DNA of 64,000 nt, from assembly GCA_013265495.1 (NCBI GenBank), contig MU062062.1:2638406-2702405 (forward strand), written 5' to 3'. Below, piece after piece: positions 52,101 through 61,100 of the stretch. The position numbers were made by a program, and so were the translations under genes. The notes under the pieces are model-generated. The model was given only the letters and a program-made list of their open reading frames with translations, did not search any database and was not told the origin of the DNA. The stretch's first letter is position 1, and every line of letters starts with the position of its first letter. The stretch is from Vicugna vicugna. Taxonomy: Eukaryota.

Positions 52101-55100
52101 AAATTTACCACTTAACCCACTTAAGCGAACTGTTCAGTGGTGCTAAATACGTTCAGAATGCTGTCACCACCACTCATTCCCACAAGCCATTTCATCTTAT
52201 GGAGCTGAATCTCTTTCCCACTAAACACTGACTCTTCCCTCAGCAACATCCGCTCTGTTTTTTGTCTGTTTTTGGTTGTTCTGGGCACCATACGTATGTG
52301 GACTCATACATGTCTTCTCACATCTGCTTATTTCACCGAGTGTGGTATCTTCAAGTTTCATCCACATTGAAGTATATATCAACTCCTTTTTAAGGCTGCG
52401 TTCCTATTTCACGGTACATACAGACCACATTTTGCTATCCGTTCACCCGTCAACAGACACTTGAGTTGCTCCCACATTTTAGCTGTTGTGAGTGATGCTG
52501 CTGTGAACGTGGGTGCACAGACGTCTCTTCAAGACCTTGCGCAGTTCGTTTACATGCATTCCCAGAAGTGGAGTTGTTGGGTCAGAGGGTAGTTATGTTT
52601 TTCATTTGGGGGGGTTGCCATACTGTTTCTCACTGTAGCCGTCCCATTTTACTGCCTCACCAGCAGTGCACAGTTGCAGTTTCTCCACATCCTTGTCAGC
52701 ACTTAACTTATTTTCTGTTGTTTTTTTCAGTAGTGGTCATCCTAATGGATGTGAAATAGCATCACATTGTGATTTTGATTTGCATTTCACTGAAGATTGG
52801 TGATGCTGAGCATCCTTTCATGTGATTATTTGCCATTTGTATCTTTTCTTTGAGAAATTTCTGTTCAAGTCCTTTGCCATTTTGAATGCATTGTTTCCTT
52901 GTTGAGTTTTATAAATTCCCTATGTATTATGGGCATCACTCCCTTGTCAGATAAACGATTTACAAGTATCCCTGCAGGATGTCCTAGTGCTTCCCAGGTC
53001 TGCTTCTGGAGCACGCTCCTGCTCACGGCAGCTAGTGTGAGCCGATGTGTGCCCCAGGCGTGGGCACTCCACGCCAGCCAAAGCAGGACCGTGGTGGCAG
53101 GGAAACCTGCTAAAAGCGTCACAGACACATCCTTAAAATAAATATCCTGGCTTCATCCCTGACTCCTCCACCTGCTCTCAGGGATGTGTCTGCTCTCAGT
53201 GTCTCCTTCAGAGCAGTGTTAGAGTTTGTTGTTTTGGGCTTTTGGAAAACTAATTCTTTATCCAAGTACAAGGTTGCGGGAGTCTCTCTTACTAAAAGAT
53301 TCTGGAAAGGCATTCCAGCTTGGGCTCTGTGATGTTGACAGGTCCAAGATTGGAATGAACTCAGGGATCAACATTCACCTTTCCTAGTTGCTTTTTTCTT
53401 AACCTGTTAGCTTTCTGGTCACTACACTGAAATCCTTGCCCCTGAGAGCCCAGACACCTCTGAGCCCCACCCCTGGGGGGTGAGGATGGCCCTCTGTTGT
53501 CTCTGACCTGGTACTCGCCGGCCCTGCAGTTGTCAGGTCTCCCAACTTCCCAGTAGATGGCAAGCTCCTGAGGGCAGAGGCCACGTCCTCCTTTCCACAT
53601 CCCAGTCGCTGACCCGGTGCCCGACGCACACAAGTGCTCTGGCAGCATGTTAGTGCCTGCTGAGCTGAGCTGGAGTTCATTTCTCAAGCTGTGAGTGGCA
53701 CCTGCACCGAGCAGGGTTCACTGAAGGTCTGTTTCAGATGCTGATCTGAGAATGTGGATCGTTCTGGCAGTTGGGATCTTACTGACTCCTCCTGATGCTG
53801 CAGGCAGTAGGTTGGAGGAATGTTTGATAAACCTAGCCTCATTTCTTCTTTAAACAAGTGTTGTGGCTTTGAAAACAAACTGAAAAGAACTGCTCATGTG
53901 TTAGATTGTAGAGTAATCTTACATTGCCTTGTATGAACTCAGTAAAATATCCACGACGAAGCTGTCTTCTGGGCAGGGCTTCGCACAGCGACCCGACAAG
54001 CGAGGATGCATGTCTCTCCGCAGCTCTGGGTCTCTCTTCTCTTTCCCTGCAGTGGCTGGTGAGCGCTCTCCCATGCCTGTGGCTGGATTCCCGGGACTCT
54101 GTGCTGCCCCACCTTGGTCCCTTCCGCAGCCCAGCCCTGGGGGGGGGGGCGCGCACGCCGCACTGGCGGGAGCGTGTTCAGGACCGTGAACTTGCGCTAC
54201 CTTGACTCTCCCCACCTCCCCGGATCCTACTGACTAGAAAGCCTCTGTGAGAAAGCTGGTTTTCATTGGCTTCATTTTACAGTGCTCTAACAGAATTCCC
54301 ATCACATACTGACTGTAGTGGGACTGGTTCTTGGGATCGGAGAGGCTCTTTCCTGTGGCCTCACGGAGAGGGAGTGAGGTTGGGTCTTGCTGCCGTCGGA
54401 TGGCCGGCACGCCTCAGTGCACAGGCGTGTGTGGTCTGCAGCAGACCTTTACCTTTTGAGCCTCGTTTCCTGATCCTTGAGACGGGAGTCGGATGTGCAG
54501 TGCGCTCTGCTGGCGCCCCTGTGGCACAGCGGGTGCGGTGCTGGTGGGCCGCGGAGAGGGATGCAAACGCTCGTGCACCCCCGACTTCATGGGGTGCAGG
54601 GGCCGTTGCAGCAGGACCGCCACTCAAGTGCAAGACGTCCTCACTTCGCTTCCTAGGGTTTCTAGGTGCCGAGGGACCCGGAAGGTTTGCTTGTGGTTTG
54701 CTGGTTGAAAGTGAGAAGACTAATGAGAATGCCAGCAGCCCGCTCTCTGCTAACAGAGCCAAAGCTTGGCCACAGTGGCCCTCTGTTCTGGAGTCACCTG
54801 TGGGCGTCGGACGCCAGGTCCTGTGCACCTGGTGTGGCCTGTTCTGTTCCAGGTGTCCCTGAGTGGGTGTCTGTGCACTGATGCGGCCTTGCTGTCTTGC
54901 AGATGTCGCACGCAGCCACCAGTGCCTTCTGCCGTTCCATTAAGCTGCAGTGTGAGCTCTACCCCTCTAGGGAAGTGGCCATCTGCTTGGACCCTTACTG
55001 TGGACTCGGGTTTGTGCTCTGGTGCCTCTGCAGGTGAGTTTCCTCTTGTGGGTCTTTACAGTGATAAACACACCACACAACCTTTTCCACACCACTTGTG

Positions 55101-58100
55101 GAGGAATGCTAGTGTCTGGGGAGGGCCGCCGCCTGCAGGAGGGGCTGCTTGCAATGGGGCCTCCCCTCAGCCCTGCTCCCAGGGTGCCGGGGAGCGCTGG
55201 CTGTGGTCTCCACGTCCTCCGTGGAGCTGCTGAGGCCAGCAGAGATGCAGTCTGCACCCATTCCCAGAAGCTGTCTGTGGGGAATCCGTCAGGAGATAGT
55301 TTATCAAAAATAGCAAAAACCAATAATTACTTGAAAAGATTCTTAACGCTTACTAGGAAAGGCAGACTAAAGCCAGTGAGATACCACTTCACACCCACTG
55401 AAGGCTGTAACCAGAAAGACAAAAAGTAATGAAGTTAGAAGACTCAGATTCCACGCTTTCAAAACTGTGCTGTAAAGCATGGTAACCAGGGGTGTGCAGA
55501 AACTGCAGTTCTCACACATTGTCATGGGAATAGAAAATAGTGAAACCACAGTTTAGCATGTCCTTAAAAATTAAACAAATCTACCACATGACCAAAAAGT
55601 TCCTCTCCTGGGTATCTACCAAAGAGAAGGGAAAACGTATGTCCATACAGGCTAGAGGCTTGAAATGTTAATAACAGCCTTCATTAAAAAAAAAACAAAA
55701 GGAAACAATCCAAATATCCACCAGCTGGTGGATGGGTTTGTCGTACCCACACAGTGGGATTCAGCTACAGCATGGATGGACTTCAGAAGCATTGTGCCAC
55801 GTGAAGCGCGTATGATGTGATTGTATCACATGGTGCCGTTGATGGAAATGTTCAGAAAAGGCAGATCCGTAGAGATGGAGAGCAGGCCGGCTGACTGGCC
55901 AGAGCTGAACGCGGGGCTGACTGCAGGGAATCGAGGCGCACCTTAGGGGGACGGAGTGTTTCACAGCTACGTTGCGGTGGCTGTGGGGACCAAGTTCTTT
56001 CAGTTCTCTGCTGAAAATGGGCAGGTTTATGTTACGCAGATTACATCTAAGTAAAAGAATTTTTAAAAAGAAAACACCTTTCCTTGCGGTAGCTGGAGTG
56101 CAGGGTGCCCACACGAGCCTGCCAATTCAGGAGGCTGACCCACGTGACACCCGCAGGGTGACGTGTGATCGTGAGTCACACGACTGCCTTGCTCAGGGTG
56201 CCCAAGCTGCAGTAGTACCTATCTTTGTATGTTTCGTTAGGCTAACACTCTGAAATCATTGAATCGTTCCAAATGTGCAAATTTATGTTAGTTACCAAAA
56301 TGTCTTTTTTCCTCTCCTGGTCAACCGTGTTTTATTTTTCTTTTTTCATCTAGACTGTATTCTTCAGAACAGTATTAGGTTCCCAACAAAACTAAGTGGA
56401 AGGTACAGAGATTTCCCATACATGCCCTGCCCCCAACAGCTTTCCCCATTATCGACATCTCCCGCCAGAGCGGTACATTTTCTACAATCTAGGAACCTAC
56501 ATTGACGCATTACCATCCCAGAGTCCATAATTTACATCGGGGTTCACGCTTGGGGTTGCACAGAGCCCAGAAATAGACCCATGTGTGAACAGTCAACTGG
56601 TCTTCACAGAAGCTCAAAGGCAGTACAGTGGAACAAAGATGATCTTGTCAACACGTGTTGCTGGAACAACTGGACATCCACATGGAAAAAAATGAATCTA
56701 GATGCAGATGTTACAGCCTTCACAAAAGTCAGCTCAGAATGGACCATAGACCTGAATGTGAAGCATGAAGCTATGCAGCTCCTGGAAGGTCACCTAGGAG
56801 AGGTCTCGGCGAGCTTGGGCTCAGCAGTGCCCTCTTATACATGACACCAAAGGCATGGCCCACGAAAGAAGGAGCTGACAGGCAGGACATCGCTAAAATG
56901 ACACGTTTCTGTTCAAGACCCTGTTGAGAGAACAGAAAGGCAGGCCACAGCCTGGAGAAAGCATTTCCAAAGCACTCTTTAAATTATTTTACTGCTTTTG
57001 AAGTTAAGAGCTAAACTAGGATAGCTCAGGTTCCAGAAAGTCACAGGAGATACTCTTCACTGTGCGCAGCCGGCCGTTAAGTGTGTGTGGGGGGGTGTTC
57101 GTTGCCAAGAGATCAGTGTTGGTTAATAAAGGAAACAACGAGTCAATTTCTGTTGGATTAAGCCAAAAACAGGCAAGTAGAAAACTGATGAGTCAGATTT
57201 TCTGTTTGTCCTCAATTATTAGGATTTAATGATTTTTTTTTAACGTTGACTTCCATCCTCCTTAGGAGTGTGAGGAAGGAGGTGAAGCTGTGTCTGATTT
57301 TCACAGGTGTGCTTCTGTTCTCCAGCCGTGAGCTCCAGCCCTCTCATGTGCTGACGGTCTGATCAAGGACGTCACTTACCCTGATGTATGTTCTTGAGAA
57401 AGCTGGCAGTGGGTGATCTGTATTTCGCTTTCTTCATCTTGGACCTCCTCATGATGGTATTTACAAAGTAAAACGCTGGGAATCACATGAAAGTGATAGG
57501 CAGTCATAATGAAGAAGACTGTTAGCACTGTTGACTCCCTGAGATACGGGGCTCCAATGTCATTAACTGGATTTGGTCCCAGCCTGAAACTGTAAAATCC
57601 TGGATGACAGAGTAGCTATGTAAATTGGCACTGCAATAAAAGTCATGCAGGGAAATGCAATTCAGGTGTTACTGTTAACCCTGATTCATGAACGGGTTGA
57701 GTAACACTTGATGCTGACAGAAAACCGTGCCCCAACACTTCCCAGCGGTAAAAGGCATGTTTCCCGGTGGATAATTACGATTTATATGTCATGTGATGCT
57801 CAGGTTTGTTAGATTTTGGGCTGTTAACCTGGTGTTACGATCCCATTTTTGACTCAGGATGTTCTTTCAATAACCATTCCGCAGAGGTAAATTTTCCATT
57901 ATTTTTATTTCTTCCTGCTTAATGCTGCCTCGAGGCTTCTGATTGCAGTTTGCTCTAACTCGGGGTCATGCAGATGTGGTGTGCAGACTGATTCCTGAGG
58001 ACCGTGCTGCCAAGGGCAGAGGGTCAGACTGCCCCTGTGGAGCAGAGCAGAGCACAGCCTCCGGGGAGCCGTCCTCACGGGGACACCGGTGCTTGCACCA

Positions 58101-61100
58101 GGGTTCTCGAGGCAGGGGTCTTTGCGACCGAAGGGAGAGTGCTGGGTCCCTCTTAGCTCTCATGGCCCCTGGAAAAAGACGACGTGTCCAGACATGGCCC
58201 GCAGGACCTCTATGTGAGGGGCAGCCCCGGATGCACTGTCGGGGCTGAAGGGTGTCAGTTTGTCTTCAGGGCCCGAGGTGTGTTCTTGGAAGGTTGAGAG
58301 CAGTGTGCTGGTGTTCATCTGGCTTTCTCAATTAGATGGCAGCTCTGATTTTAAAGCCCCTCAGTGTGGAACACAAGGACTTGCGGATGAAAGTTTGTTT
58401 TCACAAGCTGCGAGGGCTAAGCTGAACGTGTATGCAAGTGTGTTCGATAGGGTGTTACTTTCAGTAAGCAGTTGTTTGACCAGAGTGTCAGTATTTTGAA
58501 ACGTAGATGTATTTGTTGTACTATTATTTGCTCTCTTGAGTAAGTGATCTTTAAAGGCCTAAATTAGTTTCCCAAGGACGAATCTTAGAGAAAAGTTGAC
58601 AGAATTTTGAGTTACAGTTATTGGAGTAGGATCTTACTGACTTTTATACATTGACCGTACAAATAATTTTTATGCCTTTCCATGGGGCTCCATTGGAGTG
58701 TGCAGTTTTGTATATTATGTGCCTAACAAAACTTTCACATCAGCAGGATTTCTCAGGAAATGTGGAAGTCTGGGGCGTGATAATCCCTTCTCCTGATTAC
58801 TGAGAGCAGTCAGTACGTCCTCAGAGCTCTTTGAAGTGCGTCTGAACTCGATTGAGACCCAGTTCTTACTCTCTTCTAGAGTTTCACTTAGTTCTTTAAA
58901 TATAGGCGTCCCTGTTTTCAGATTATCAAATTTTATTACTCAGAAGGATTAAGTAAAATCCAAAAAATCCCCAAATCCCCACTGACAGAATTTCCACCTG
59001 ATTATCCAGCATGCTTCCTAGAATAACACTTACGTTTCATCCCCACACATTGGTGGTTGGTCGTCTGATGTTTTGATATATTAAACTCCAGTAGGAGAAT
59101 CTAAAGCAAATGTATGACTTAGGTTTTCCAGGACAGGAGTGTGTGTGTGTGACATTCTGTGGGAGCGAGTGTCGTGAGAACTGGCAGGCGGGGGGAGGGA
59201 TGCCTGTGTCCTGTGCCTGCCCCGCCCCTGTTAGCCTCCTGGTGTGTTTGCTCCTGTGCACTTCCTGCTTCACAGCTGTGGTCGTAGTTTGTGTGTGGTT
59301 CCACATCTTGCCTTCTCCTTTTAATACTAGAAATGGGAAGCTTTTAGACATGCTTCTTGGATTTAAGTTTTGTGGAACCCGTCTTTAGAACCCAAGTTAG
59401 AACATGTCTGCCAGTAAATCCCTTTCATTCCCTGAAAGGACTGCATTGTTCACAGTGCTCCAGACGGGGAGCGTAGCACCCCTGGAAAGCCAGTGTTTCC
59501 ATTTGCGAACCAGAAAGGTCCTCGTGAGGTGGGGTTGGCGGGAGAGGTTTGTCGGGGTCACACCTGTGGAGGTGAAAAGGAGCAGAGGATTGGACAGGGT
59601 GCGCCCGGGAGCCAGCCCCATGCAGAGCTTCTGAGCGAGGGAGTGAGGACCACGGGTTGGGTAGGGGGTCTGCCGGCCAGGCCTCAAGCCCCCACCTCGC
59701 ATCACAGGCTGTTCCTTCCTGAAGGGACACCTGAGGGGCTCTCCCGCCCCTCCTCAGCTAAGGCGTTTGTATGAAGGGAAAACATGGTACTTATTCTGAT
59801 GTATCCAAAGAGCATGTCAGTTACTTGTATGTACAGACGTAGTCTGAGAACCTGCTTTTCGCAGTTCTTGCTTGTGATCTTCACTTGCTCGGCTGGGATC
59901 CCCAGGGTGGTGGCGGGAAGGTGGGCAGAACCTCAGAAAACCTTCAGCTGCAGGCGTGTGATTGCTCTGCGCCCCTTACTCGCCCCTCCCTTGAAGAAGC
60001 CTCTCCTTTCAGGGGAGACAGCGGTGTAAACGGGCTTCTGTTGCTCTGCCGTACCCGTGGCATGTGAGTGTGCCGAGACGCCTGAACAGACTCGGTGAGC
60101 CCGTGCGGTGGATGCTCTCCAGCACAGAGTTGTTGAAGTGACGTGGCAACATCTTCTTTGACTTACTCTGTCGTCCCTTCAGATGAGAGCAGAATAATGA
60201 GCATTCCCGGCGTGTGCAGCCTACACAACTTCAAGTAATGACTCAAGGGAGGACCAGAGCAGCACGACAGCACCAGCTCTCAGGGCCAACCACCCGCTGC
60301 GGGTGGATTTTTACACTTCTGAATCTTCGTTTTCAACAGATGCCTTAAGATTCCTCAGTGATACAATGAAAGCCAATTGTATTTTTAAATGGGCGGAGGA
60401 GTTGATTAGAGATCCCTCCGGAGACAACGTACAGGTGGCAAATAAGCACACGACAGGGTGCTCAGCATCACGGGTCATTCAGGGGAGTGCAAGTCAGACC
60501 CACAGGGAGGAGCCACGTCACCCCAGCTGGGACGGCGAAACTCAGGAAACAGAAACTGGCAGGTCGGGTAGGATGTGGAGAGACTGGGATCTTTGTAATT
60601 GCCGGCAGGAATGTAAAATGGTGCAGTTCCTCAAAAACTTAAATGTGGAATTACTGTATGATCTTTTGGGCATATACCCCGAAGAATTAAAAACAGGGAC
60701 TTAAACAGATACTTGTGCACTCATGTTCATGGCGTTATTCACAACGGCCAAAAGGTGGAAGCCACCCAGGTGTCCACTGAGGAATGAACGGATAAACAAA
60801 ACGTGGCGTCTGCACTCCTTGGGGCGTCACTCAGCCTTGGAGAGGACGGACACTCTGACACAGGCTGCAACGTGGAAGAACCTTGAAGACCACGCTGAGT
60901 GAAACGGTCCAGTCAGAAGAGGACAGAGATTGTGCTTCCCCTAAATATCCGGAATAGGCAAATTCGGAAGCAGAGTAGATGGGAGGTCTCCAGAGATGGG
61001 TGTGGTGATGGGAGTTTGTTTTAATGGGCACAGAACTTCTGCTTGTGATGATGCAAAGTTCTGGACGTAAATACCGTGGTGGTTGCACAACATCGTGAAT

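Noticed and set aside
52701-52810. Strong cryptic acceptor in the antisense L1 (cttaacttattttctgttgtttttttcag|tag) as a poison exon
   Set aside because: No convincing downstream donor nearby, and such sites are common in antisense L1.
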